Shown: piece after piece, positions 25,501 through 38,500 of the stretch
Position numbering within the stretch: the stretch's first letter is position 1
Layout of the letters: every line of letters begins with the position of its first letter
Translations under genes and position numbers: made by a program
Assembly: GCA_965153455.1 (NCBI GenBank)
Contig: OZ234494.1
Location: forward strand, 10,230,001-10,294,000
Length of the DNA: 64,000 bases
Source of the DNA: Sphagnum compactum
Taxonomy: Eukaryota
Reading direction: 5' to 3'
The notes under the pieces: generated by a model
Seen by the model: only the letters and a program-made list of their open reading frames with translations
What the model was told of the DNA's origin: nothing
Databases searched by the model: none

Positions 25501-27309
25501 AACCTTTAAAAATTTATTGAAGTTGCCCATAAAACAATGTTGGAAAATTTTGTTCTAGTGAATGTTTATCTTTAAATAGACTGAAAAGTTTGACTTGACG
25601 CAATATAATATATAGTATTCTCATAATCTATTATTTTCTTAGCATCTAGAAACTTATGTATCATTAAATCTATTAGTGTACAATGTATTTTCATTATCTA
25701 TATCAGAATTATCAGATGATGCATTATTATAAGTAGGAATTTGAAATTTTGAATTCATATACAAAACAAACAAACATGCCCATTGATGATGAATGGTAAC
25801 ATTCAAATATTTGTATAATGGTGTTTCAATTAAATATCATAAAACGACCATCACCATACTTAGATGTACATTTCTTGACATATAAAATGATTTGTATTCA
25901 AGATGTTGTTTAAGAAACATACCTATTGTTGCATCTCATGTGATAAACGTGGTAGCATTGATGGAGTTTGATCCACATTTGCAAAGATATCAATAACACT
26001 ATTATGCATCTTATATTGCTTATACTTTTGGTGAAATAAAATGTTCTTTTAATTATGTTAATTTTTGAATTAATGGAATGATTTTGTTTTTAAAAAAATT
26101 ATTTAGTATTTAATATAAGGGTGGTTTTTTTCATTGATATTATATAAACAACTTGTACATATGTATGATGTTGAATTAGGTTCTATTTGAATTTGAAAAT
26201 ATATAGAAAGTTGTCTTGATAATTAATTCGAAAAACATTTAAGTTGTTTTAAAAACATAACCTTTCACAATTAAAACATGGAATTATGGGAACATCTTGG
26301 ATTTTGGGATGTTTTAAAACTTTGGTAAGGGAAATTGAAATGAATGGATTAGACAAAATTTTATTGATAAAAACATTTGTGTTATTTTTCAAAAACAATT
26401 TAAGTATTGATTATGATTTGTAATTATTTTTAATAATATTTGTATTATAAAAATTGTTGAATAATGAAACAACATATTCCAATGGTGAATCCCAATTATC
26501 TTTCAAAATGTCCATTAATGCATAATCAAATTTTTCATTCCAATAAAAACATGTAGTTAGTTTTGATAATTGGATTGAAGGTTATTGCACCACTGATTCC
26601 AAAAGAGATGAAAAATCATCTAAATCTATGGTACTTTAACTTGAAAAGTATGCAAAGACCTAAATAGACCATTAACATATTGAATTGGTTCAAAATGTTG
26701 AGAACTATATGTTATATGTAAAGGGATAGATTGAAAATCCATGCCACATCAAAACATAATATGTTCGGATACTTTATTCCAAAGGTAAATTAACCTTGGT
26801 AAATATTCAGCTATCCAAAATATTGGAGTGAAATCTTTCCACAAAACCTCCCATACTAACACTTAATGCCATTTTTGTCACATATTGATGTTCATTTGTG
26901 ACCATGCCTTGATGTAAATTAAACAAAAAACTTGGATTTAATTCTCAAATATGACATTGTTGGGTTTTTCTATATTCAATAATAAACATTGATTTGAATG
27001 TGTCATGTTATTTTACCTCAACTCAAGAAATGAGAAATGATTATCCAATAAATAAGACATAAAATTTAAAAAATAATTACCTCTTTCATATTTGTATGTT
27101 AAAACTAGATGAAGGCCATATGAATGCAATGCATATTCAAGTGATGAATCAACAATATTTAATAAAGGTGTTTCCATTATTATGAACTTCAATTTAATAG
27201 GTATCTATATAAACAAAAGCATGGTTCCCACATAAACACATTCAAAAATAAATAAATCAACGATTCATTTAAGATTATTTACTTTTAATTTTTTTTGGGA
27301 AAACTCATT

Positions 27310-27730
27310 GCATTGAAAAATTCTTTATATTGGAATATTACTTAGATGGAAAAAATTGCTTGACTTGTAAATTGCAAGCATTGAAAAAAAAATCTCAAAA
27401 ATATTTGTATTAAAAATTTTCATGCACTAAAAATAAATTCATTAAAAATTATTTTCATTGAAAAACTACTTACATTGAAAAATTATTTGCATTAAAAAAC
27501 TACTTATATTGGAAAATTATTTGTGTTCAAAAACTCCTTTCATTGAAAAAACTACTTACATTGAAAAAATATTTTCATTGAAAAAATTGCTTGCATTAAA
27601 AAACTGCTTTCATTGAAAAAATTGTTCCCATTGAAAAACTTTTTCCGTTGAAAAAATTGCTCACATTGAAAAATTGCTTTCATTGAAAAAACTATTTCCA
27701 TTGAAAAATTGTTTTCATTGAAGAAATTGA
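27310..27730. repeat. Degenerate minisatellite (~19-bp unit, cattgaaaaa..tt.cttt) in the Helitron 5' region
   Basis: Periodic cattgaaaaa motif throughout the interval. Confidence 0.8.
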
Positions 27731-29254
27731 AATCAAACTTGTGTTTCACACTATGTTGAACATTATTAGTAGGAATAATTACCAAAGGAGTAATCAAACC
27801 TTCACCTTTCAAATTGGTTTCCACTTGTGGGATAAATTGTTGGATGTTTTCTTGAAAGCCAACAAGGGCAGGTGTGGTCGATGATTGAAATTTACCATGA
27901 ATTTGAATTGAAATGAAAAGTTGAACTTGTTTTGGACAAGGCAAATCCAAGAATTCAGATTTTTTCATATGCACAATTACTTCAAGCCATTTGCCCTCAA
28001 TAGTTAGTAACATAGATTAATTATTGGTTGTAATGGAACCACAAAGAAAGCCTAATTTTTGAACCATTAATCTTGAATGATAAGCGTTACAATGAACACC
28101 ACCCATTGGAAAAATGATTACATCTACTACATGACAACTTCCACATGTTTTTTGAAATGGAGGCACAATAGGGCTAGCTATGAACAACATTTTGGCCCCC
28201 TAAAAAAAAAAACAATATGTTCAAACAAAAAGGTAAATGAAGATGAACATAAACATAAAGAAAATGTGAAAAAAAAAAAATCAATCAAGAAATAAACAAA
28301 ACCATGCACACACATACACATAAATGTAAACAAAAAGAATGAAATGCATAATAAGTGCATAATAAAAGATGTTGTGGAAATGTAATAATTTAAAAACTTA
28401 ATACGTCAAGAAAAAAAAAAACAAGATAAAAAATTAATAACAACAAAAGAAATATTAAAAAAAAGGTCATTCAAGCATGAAAATAAAACATTATACCCCC
28501 TTCTTTCAAACCATATATCTCTTTCGTTTTTTACTCATTTTAAGTGATATAAAAAACTATGGTATGAAATTTAAAACTCTACAAATGATCTTTCAAATGT
28601 AAAATCATTAAACCAACGTATGTATATCTTAAGCTTTAAAACAAAAATTATTTTTTGTGTGTTTAAACCTCACATTTTCATCCCTTTCACTTCCATAACC
28701 CATATCTTGATCATCTTTTAATCAGTTCTAGTGATTTTTGTACCATTAAATGCACCAAAAAAGGGGTTACAAAATCTTTTCAATGTTCAAAGGCTATTGA
28801 CCAATGTGGAAAAATTATAAAACTTTATTTACAAAGGTTTTCCACATACTTGTTTACCTTACCATATTAAAATTACACTATGTTTTTCATTGAACAAACA
28901 CACTCCAAACATTTTATCCCATACTCTTCACCCAAAAAGGAATTCCATTGGACTATATATAGACAACTTTTTCACTACTAATACCAACATTGTACTCTAT
29001 GTCTAGTATGCAATGGAACATGAATTTTTGTTCTTTAAACCATTCTAGTAAAGAAAAGTCATCCCAATGTAATTATATTTTCTATAAGCCATTTTAGTAT
29101 AGAAAATTATGTGGCCGCCTGGTTCTCCCCTTTTCAAGAAGGGAAAAATCAAATGTTGCAATTTTGTTTTTTTTCTTTTATGTTAAATTTAGTTCGCCAT
29201 TTGAATCTCCTTACTATCCAAGTGGGAAAGAAAATGTTTGACCGTGTTACGAGA

Positions 29255-30145
29255 AACCATCTAATGGCCACCAATTGGTTTTTTTCTCTGCCTAAAAACC
29301 ATTTGGTGGCCATTAGGTCATTTTTTTTTCGTTTAGAGACCATTTGGTGGCCACTAGGTCATTTTTTTTTCGTTTAGAGACCATTTGGTGGCCACTAGGT
29401 CATTTTTTTTTCGTTTAGAGACCATTTGGTGGCCACTAGGTGTTTTCGACACTAAATTACGACAAATGACTTGGTGATCACTAAATCATTTTTTTTTGAC
29501 TTAGAGGCTTGGTGGCCACTAAGTTTTTTTGACGTTGAACTACAAATGATGACTTAGTGGCCACCAAGCCCTTTTTTTTTCTTTTTATGCTTGAAGACCT
29601 AGTGGCCATTAGGTTGTTTATTTGTTTTTCACTTAGAGACCACTTGGTGGCTACCATGTTTTTTTTTCACTTGGCCACTCGATGGCCAATAGGTTGTTTC
29701 AACATTAACTGCGAGGGACCACCTGGTGGTCACAAAGTTGTTTTTTTTGTTTGTTTGGATACCTAGTTGCCAATAGGTCATGTTGACGTTGGATTGCAAG
29801 GGACCAACTGTGGCCACTAGGTTGTTTTAATCCTGGATTACAAAGGACCATTTGGTGACCACCAGGGATTTATTTTTTTTCGCCTTAAAACCACATGGTG
29901 GCCACCAAGTTGTTTCGACACTTAACTACGAAGGACCACTTAATGGCCACTAGGTGTCTTTTGTGTTTCTTGGAAACCACTTGGTGGCCACCAAGTGGTT
30001 TCAACCTAGACTATTAAGGATCACCTAGTGACCAGCAGGTGGTTTCAACCTAGACTACTAGGGATCACCTAGTGGCCACTAAGTGGTATTGATCTTGGAT
30101 TACTAGGGGGACTACCAGTAAACACTTGGTCACCACCAGGTGGTT
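29255..30145. repeat. Array of palindromic (T/G)GTGGCCAC(T/C)A-type motifs at ~40-bp spacing
   Basis: Roughly twenty copies of tggtggccacta/ggtggccacc, including three near-exact ~41-bp units at ~29300-29440. Probably a transposon subterminal array. Confidence 0.8.
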
Positions 30146-30929
30146 TCCATCTTGATTTGCTAGGGCCCACCTAATGAATTTTTTTCTTAATTTTTTTCAA
30201 ATATTTGGAAAAAAAAGTTCCAATAGATGATATGTCTTCATATTTATGTAATTCTTTCTTGGTTTGGTTTACATGTTTTAAACTTGCATATTAATGTGTA
30301 TGATGTGTTTGATGCATGTTTTGAATAATTATGAAATATTAATTTATAACCAATGCCATGTTCAACTCCAATTATATCACCATCAACTTTAAACTCATCA
30401 ACATGCCACTAAGGTAGTTACAATAAGAAGAACTTACCGGTGAACACATGCCATAGTGGATAATGAAAATAATTTCACATATTGCCTACCCTATTGACAT
30501 TGTTAGATTTTTAAAGCTAATTTGCTTTTGATTTGTGTACAATATTTTAAGGAACTCTGTAGCCAATAGGCATAAATGTGATGACACTCTCCAAAAAATC
30601 AGTTTTCTGTTCCTTGCAGGCTTGTTTTTAAAAGAAAAAGGGAATTATAACAAAATATTCCATTTTCAGAATACTGTGTCGCCTTTTCACGATTTTTTTG
30701 GCCAAAAAAAATCCTTGGTGAACACTGGATAGCCAGACCAAATCAAAACATATTAGCTATGTACTCTCTCCCTCCGAGAGCAGGTCAATATTCCAGTGGT
30801 CGATCCTAATAAGGAGCTAGGTAAGCATTAACTTGGTGTTGGCAATATGTAGCTAGGTAGTACCTACTCCCTTCCTAGTGGTACCTACTGCCTAGGGCCA
30901 AGCGTCAAGAGGCCACTCCACCAACTTCC

Positions 30930-32580
30930 TCACAACCCTATCAGATATGGTCCAAGGGAAGTCGGAGCTTGCAAGATCGGTAACGGACCAGCGAGGACGC
31001 TCTCCGCGGTGGGAGCGCCGGGTTCGTCGGCAATGGCAATCAGAAGAAGGCCAAGCGGCTCGATTTGGGCAGGGATGGTGACGATGCCAGTGCTGGTGTT
31101 GAATGGCACACTGTAGATGTTCAATGCATGGAAGAACACGGCGTAGTAGTTGTCGGCCTTGGCCAGCTGCCTTCCGGAATTTGTCTCTACAATCAGCTCA
31201 ATCGTCGTCCCCGGTGCCAGCGTTGACGTTGTGTTGGTGTTGTAGGTCAGTCGAGGCAAGTTTTGGGCACCGATTGGATACGGTGGATTTGCTGGCGGGC
31301 AAGAGCCGTCTACTATGAAGCCGTTTGTGGTGTCAAGGATCTGCGTTGCGTATGGATAGAATGTGTCGACAGGTCCCGCGAAAGGAAGGCCTCCGTACTT
31401 TGGCGAACCCCAGATGTCTGTCAGAAACCAGACCTCGTGGCGTGTCTCCGACTGCCCAATCACTGCTATTGCGCCCTTGGAGATGTTCAGTTTTACCTGT
31501 TCTGTTAGTCCGCTCACAAACGCCATGGACGTTAGCTCGACGAACGTGGCAAATGCTAGATACTGTGCCGGGTCTCCCGTCAGACCATAATCGTACCTAC
31601 GTCGTCAGAAGCAACGACATTGCGGTAATTGATGTTAGAAACTACTGATCTGCAGAGCTATATTCACTTCCCATTTCCACGAATTTCACGTACTGTGTTC
31701 AATTTGCAAATAGAAAAGACAGTCACTTGCATGGGCCAGGCACGACAGACGCGTTGGAAATCTGGTCCTGGAAGACGCGTAAATGTCCAGCCTCGTTGTC
31801 ACGAATTTGAGCGATGCGATCAAAGGTAGTATTGGGGAAGCCTGCGTTGATGAAGTCGCTGGCGTTGAAGAGCTCCACGCCTTGCTGATACACGTTGTAC
31901 ACCAGCCACTCTGCACTGAGCAAGTTCTGGAAGACGACGTCATCTAGACCCGGGGTACCAGACGTAGTATTGAGGATGGGGCTGGAGAGGTTGCCTGGGA
32001 AGGGTGGGGCTACGCCGAGGTAATCTGAATAGATTGGATCTTCGCCAGGGATGGGACCAAAGCTGGGATCACGCAATGGATTATAGTTGGGAACGGCCGC
32101 TGCACATCGATCACAAAACATGGGCTCAATTATAGTATACAACAAGCAAGCGCATCGAATAGAATTTTCTATACAAGAAGGACATATATATGCATGCCCA
32201 CCATCGGTAAAGCCCTTCAATACAAGTATCTGAATGCCATCGCACCCGAGCTGGTTGGCGGCAAGTCAGACGATACTGCATAAGAAGACCAAAGACTGAC
32301 CACACGCTTTCGGGTTCATTGACTCTTAGGTCAAGTTGATCATGTGTTAATTTTCATGGGTACAATAGGCCGTGAATGCTATGCAATGGCAGTACTAGAG
32401 CAACTCGGTCCAATACTGCAACGAATTTATTAATTTCACATATGCAGTAAGTTCATCAGTAATCCAAAGAGTGCAGCGGGTTCTTCACATACCATTGACA
32501 TGAACGATAGCCACAAGGACCATAGCCAGGGCGGCGCATACACGCAAAAGATCACTACTCAAAACTCGCGACTTCATCAT
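30930..32580 (-). CDS. Secreted ferritin-like di-iron protein, fungal Rds1-like (copy B), 375 aa
   Basis: Exons 32580-32493 (MMKSRVLSSDLLRVCAALAMVLVAIVHVN), 32099-31727 and 31596-30930. Exon lengths equal copy A (88/373/667), the frame is intact and all putative metal ligands are kept. Confidence 0.9.
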
Positions 32581-35500
32581 CTCGTCTAATTAGTAGTATA
32601 TAGCTCCAAACAAATGATGAGCTGTGATTGTCAGTTAAGTAATTGGTAAAAGCTGGATCGACAGCTGATTCTGCGACCCCTATCGACAAGCTGTTGCAGA
32701 TCGCTAGCTACAGCGCCTCTACTTTATATAATTCTGCTATAAACTGCCAAGTTTGTGCAAAACTCAATCACTGCAAATGTGACTTAGAATACAGATGAAA
32801 CGAATTCGGTTCAAGTCGGCCTATTTATACCCAGCAGTCCTATCAGTGTGGATTGATCATGAGCTCCCTTTCCACTCTGCTGCACCGGATGCCACTTGGA
32901 AATTTTTGGAGCTCAAATACGCGCCGTCTTGCTATTTCAAAGAATGGATTTCTAAGTCCTCGACAGCGCGAACTCTGAAGGAGGTGGTCTCTATGATACG
33001 TACCCGGCGAGGGCCCAGAATAGATAGTACCAGAGCCCCCGGGTGCGGGGTATGGGACACGCCAGAGGGTAAAGGTATAAGGTTAAACCAACCAGCGACG
33101 AGGAACGTGCAATAAGTGAGTCGGGACGTACGCGATTGTCAGCAATGTAATGTAATATAACTGGAGAGCTCTTGTGCAACGGCATGGAGGTATGTAGTAT
33201 GGAGCCCCAGCGACTCCACCGAGGCATGCCACGTTAGCAAGAAGCTGGGTACAGTCCACTATGGAAACGCAGCAGCAGCGCAACGCTATCCATGTGACTT
33301 CTTCCACGTTCCTTCCTTCCTTCCTTCCTCATGGACAGCGAGATTTTGGCAAGGTGACAAAATAACAAAGTCACTCTAGGACCATCTCCAGTGTCCATAT
33401 AAAGTGTTACAAGTGACGATTGATTTCAGACACTTACGTCTTATGTTAGGCACATAAGGTAAAGCGCTAGAGCGCAAGATAAGGGGTACATATGAACAAG
33501 GCCCACATTTGTAGAATGTTCTCCACTAGTGGGCCTTTCCCATCCTGTGCATTACTCACTGTAAAGGATGAGCTCATCTTTATCCATACTTGGTCAAACC
33601 ACCAATTGATATTACAGTTGGGTTGGTTATAGTAAATAATAGCATATACTCAACAATGATTCCCAATAAGGTTCAAAATAGAGCCCTGGTTTAGTTCTTG
33701 GTTTTGAAGATAACCTTTGGTCTAGTTCTGGCTAGGATCTTCTTCATTTGGGTTAGGGAACTGGAGGTTGTGGTTGAACTATTTTAATTTGATGGATCCT
33801 TGGGTGTAGGCAGCGATGCAATTCTTCAACAAAATTCAGTCAGTTTTGGTCATAAAAATGATTTCAATAAATTATGGTCTGATTTGAAACCTATTTTGTT
33901 TGTACCTTAACTACACATAACCCCAAGATTAAAAATTGTGTAACATGAGTTAAATTTGACCAGGCATGAGTGAAAAATACATCCTACTTCTCGAGGAAAA
34001 GGAAAAAAAAGCATCAATTGTTTGCTAAAGAAACATAATCTATGTAAGGAGGACTCCAGCATTAACCGAGTTGGGGTTCTAGTTTGGTTGTAGGTTTGGT
34101 CTGTAGTCTGATTCCAACAGAGGTTGGACCACAATCCAGCTCAGTTGCAATTACAACAGGAAAATAATATGTTCAAATCCAATTGCTTGGAACTGGATCA
34201 CAATCCAGACTAGGAACCAAGCTACAACTTGGAATTGACCAACATTGGTCCACTGACATGAGCTATCCATGTCAAATAGCCCATGTCAAAGTCTTTTCTT
34301 AACACAAAACAGTGTTCACAAAATTTCACATTTGATTAGTTCTCAAGATTAGGCACACAAAAATAGGTCCATTGCAACCATGATATATGTAGTGAGACCA
34401 TGGTATATACATTGGTATTGAGTGAAATACCAATTGCGTTAGAGTGAAAGAGGTTCGCAATAAGAGTGTTGCTAGGCTGTGCCTTCGTCAGGTTTGTTGT
34501 AATCGCACTGGGTGTTGGACTCATTTGTTTAGTTGGAATTGAAGACATCCTTGTTGTGTTCTCTCACACAAATGTCAAATCCATTATTGCAGAAGAACCT
34601 TGATCACAAACCTCAACAATGTAAAGAAAACTAAAGAAGGTCACCTCACCACACTTAATGCAACACAGCTTCCTTGTGAGCAAAACCTTAGCTTACCTAT
34701 GTACCCAAACAATTAGTGTTGAAAACAATCAGTGATAGTACATAAGAACATGAAAATTGCAATCCTCAAACCCTAGACCTACTTCATTTGTAGTGCAATG
34801 CCTGCAAAAACCAAGAATGTCCTCAAAACTCCCATCCGCCTATTTTTTGAAAATATTTGAAAAGTGTCTCTTTGCATTTCCCTCCTCATTTGTAGATTTA
34901 CTGTTCGTGCTCACAGCAAAACAAGTAATTGCAACTTACAGCAAAACACGAAAGTTCTCTATCAACGGCAGAACAAGGAAACTCTTGGTCGATGAAAAAA
35001 CATGTAAAATTTCCGTTGACAACAGGTGGTCGACAGTGATTGAGATGTTTTACGAACGGCAATGAGAGGGGCTCGCATGTGTGACATGGAAGGCCGGTGG
35101 TGGGGCATTGCAACCTGGAACAAGCGTTGGACAGAGCTCGATGGGGGGGGTATTTAGAGTCTCGTTGAGTAACACCAAGGTTATTTTAATCTCAATACTA
35201 AACATATAGTATATACCTGCCACAGATCCGCCAAAAATCAGCTTTGAACCTTAATACTAGGACTAGCATGGTATGAAAAGTTGTTTATAAAACCCATACC
35301 AGTAACAGGCTGCTATATATATATTTTTAAAATCGAATACCAGTACTGAGAAGCTATGAATTTGATTCCAGTTCCTATTAGTATGTTCAAAAGTCCATAC
35401 CCACCCAACACTGGTTATCAGGGCAAAGAATTAACATATACCTTAGTCCCATCATAGTGGGGCAAGGATCAACTAATGGTAAATTGAACTACCACTTGCA

Positions 35501-38500
35501 AGGTGCTTATAAGTAGACTAGCCTTTTAAGATATTATCTTGGAGTTAGGCACCAACCAATGTTTTTTTGTGTGGCAAATTTTCATTATTTTGCAATTCTT
35601 TTAGGAGAAATACTTGAGAAAACGTACGAAAACATGGGTTTTAAAGTGTAAAAATAGTCTCCAAAGCAAAACTTTGTCACTTTTGTGAAATTAAAATTTG
35701 AGGGGAAGAAAACAAAGAAAACATAGACACCTTGAATAACAATAAGGAAAATGGACACCTTCATTGAGAGTAGTAACAAATAAGTGTGAATGCCCGACTT
35801 CAAACTGTAGACTTGCAACCACATTGGAAACCCACCCAGTGAATTATATGTTGACCTATGCATTCTGAAGTAGAATCTACACTGAAAGCCTAGCACTAGG
35901 AGTAAGACTCTGGGTTTTGGATCGATGGACTGGTAGGATCACAGCTGATTGGTAGGACAGGCCGCACAAGGTAGATGACGAATTCATGGCTTGTTTCCAC
36001 TTCTAGAGGAGTGATCTAGCTTAGGAGAAGTAGAGATGGAGTTCTTAGAGCAACTGCAGCAACAAAAAGCTCTGATAATCAACAATCCTCACAAATTTTC
36101 GCTGGCACAAAAGCCACGACTTAAAGTCATCTTCAAAAGTAACTGGCAAGTTGGCTTCTTCCCATATTTGGGTTCTTCCCCACTTACCTATCCTTAGATC
36201 AAGACAGGTGGAGCTTGAAGAGCACTGTAACAAGAATTCCCATTATCAATCCTTGACGAATTTCACTTTGGTTCACAGACTCTCTCCCTCGGTTATATCT
36301 TCAAAAAGCAACCCAACTAATTGGCTTTAGCCCGCATAATTGACTGGGTACCAGTTGTTGAAGAGGGCTTTACACATGTATACCTCAAAGATCGTGGATT
36401 TCCTATCCACATTTGGATCACCACTTGAATCCTAACACCTAAATCCACAGAGATATTTCCTACATTTATATGAAGCATGAGCAAAATGTGGGGACATGCA
36501 GCAGGCTGATGCCATCTTCTGGGTAAAAGGGATATAAAATTGAGTTGGGGATCTGGTGATCTCAACCTGGTGATGGTGTTGTGAATGTGATATGTTCATT
36601 GGAATGACAATCTAGTCAAATAGAACCATAGAATGCACCCATGTGTTGTCGAAGGTCATGTGCACATTGTCGTACATTCACTGACCCAAACAAGTGTAAA
36701 ATATGGTTTTATACTGGAGTTTATTTTCAGTAGAAGTGGTTTGATCCTTGAAGGCTGAATGAAGCTCACATTATCCAATTTGAAATTGCATGTCCATTTG
36801 TACCCTGAAGTCCAGCTGCAGATTATTTCTTGTATGTGGATTTGCCATGCAGTTTGTGCATGGGTTTCCCATTTCACTTGCGGTTTGTGATTCTTTTTGT
36901 TCACGTTGTCCTGTCATGTATATAATTTCAAAGGGTTTTTTTTAACTTGTTGAAGATCATGTAAAAAAAAAGTATTTACATTGCCATAGTTTTTTTTCAT
37001 TTTTGTGATATAGTTGAAGTGGTGATAATCCATAAGCTAGTTTAGCCATAAACAAGATTTGAAAGTAAACAAATCTAAGCATCCTTTACATTGCTACAAG
37101 CTAAAAGCCAATAAAGAAATATCCAGAAAAAAACCCATATGGGCACATCTGGACAATTGCAAAAAATGTACAACAATGTGACAAAGGGACTTGAAACTAT
37201 ATTAGGTGTGAGCATGGTGACGAACATCATTCAGCAATTATTTAAGAGGAAGAAAAGGATGGACACTTCAGCTCATTCTTCAATTTGGTGAATTTTGATT
37301 TTTCAAATAGTCAAATAAATATAAACACAAATAACATTGCCATGGGGAAAACATCCAGGGAAACCGAAAGGCTTCAGAATGTTTAGAAGTTGCACAATGT
37401 GCCATCTCATTTCTAACTTTCAACTTTAATTTTTCATCCATCAAGTACACTTTCAACTTTTCGTTCATTATGCAAAAAATTAGACCAATTTTTCATCATT
37501 TTTGCAACTTTTTTTTTCCTAATATTATGCATCATGCAATTTTAATTCTCTATTTTTCGTCCATTTTGCAAGGTTTTTCTCTCAATTTTTCATTCATTAT
37601 GCGACCTTCCTCCATAGTTTTTCAACTATTGTGCAACCTTTACAAAATTATTAAGTATTTCACATAATTTGAATGTTGGTGAAAATTGTAAATTTTAACA
37701 TAAATTCCAACTTCCTCAAGGAAGAGATCTACAAACATGCGATCCCAAACCATTTAGCTACTAGGGCATTCCCTAGGGTAACACAATCCTTTATGAAGCA
37801 TCTATTGGGCAGCAGATTTGCTTCAAGGAAAGACCATTCCCACAAGCCATACAACCATTTCCCGACATAGTCCAACACTTAGTAACAACCATTTGCTAGG
37901 CTGGGCAACACATTTGACTTGAGTAAAGAGCATTCCTTATGGCAACACAACCATTTCTCAAAGCAGTCTATTAATACATTTCTTGTGAGAAAGTTCCCAT
38001 CAAGTTCTCAATGTGTTCTGTAAGATGTTCTCAATAGCATCACATTTTATCTCATAACCTTTGCCCAAAGTTGAAATTCATAACCTAAATAGGTGGTCCA
38101 AATGGAAGCACATCTAAAATCTAGTTCAATAATGCAAACTTGTTCAAAGTTTCAAATTTTGAATTTTTTTTAAAAAAAAATTGTGATGGACCAATCAAAG
38201 TGGCTCATTCACACATCAAAACAAAAGCAAGGGAACTTTGGGATGCACCTCACAAAGGTACCCACAATCAATACGGCAATGGATCCCTTCTTGCTTTCTT
38301 CATGTTACTTGAGTTGAACCATTTCCGCGTGTAATGCCATGCTCTCAGGGTTGTGTTTAATGTAAATAAAACTAACCTGATCTTAAACCGCACTGAGCTC
38401 CAAATTGTTTTCAAAAATCTTTGACTCCAAAACTTCTACAAAATCAAAAAAAATTCATAGAATCAGACCAGGGAGATTACCTGCCCAAGTTCAACTCGTG

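Larger units (their letters stand above)
20950..28100 (-). mobile_element. Degenerate Helitron2/Helentron-like element: Rep (HUH) + PIF1 helicase + APE-type endonuclease
   Basis: Minus strand, in order: LFAMIQQFNVPTLFVTFTTAEGLWDP (~25215-25140), EFQNRGSEHDHGVLWIKNAP (24928-24870), YCTSYMIK (~24360), ALLMASIGKGAFNIDGLTIH (~23335), SDGLVNG, QFPI*LATIKIINRFQGLSLD (~21720), then LCLTETR and IIITGDFNVDI (21360-21020). Boundaries approximate. Confidence 0.85.

Noticed and set aside
29255-30145. CRISPR-like repeat-spacer appearance
   Set aside because: The core is only ~10-12 bp, spacers are related to one another or exactly repeated, and there are no cas genes.
35930-36905. Moderately GC-rich stretch with several short minus-strand ORFs, possibly a decayed gene or retroelement
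   Set aside because: No motif or consistent exon chain that I could support; a TBLASTX search is needed.
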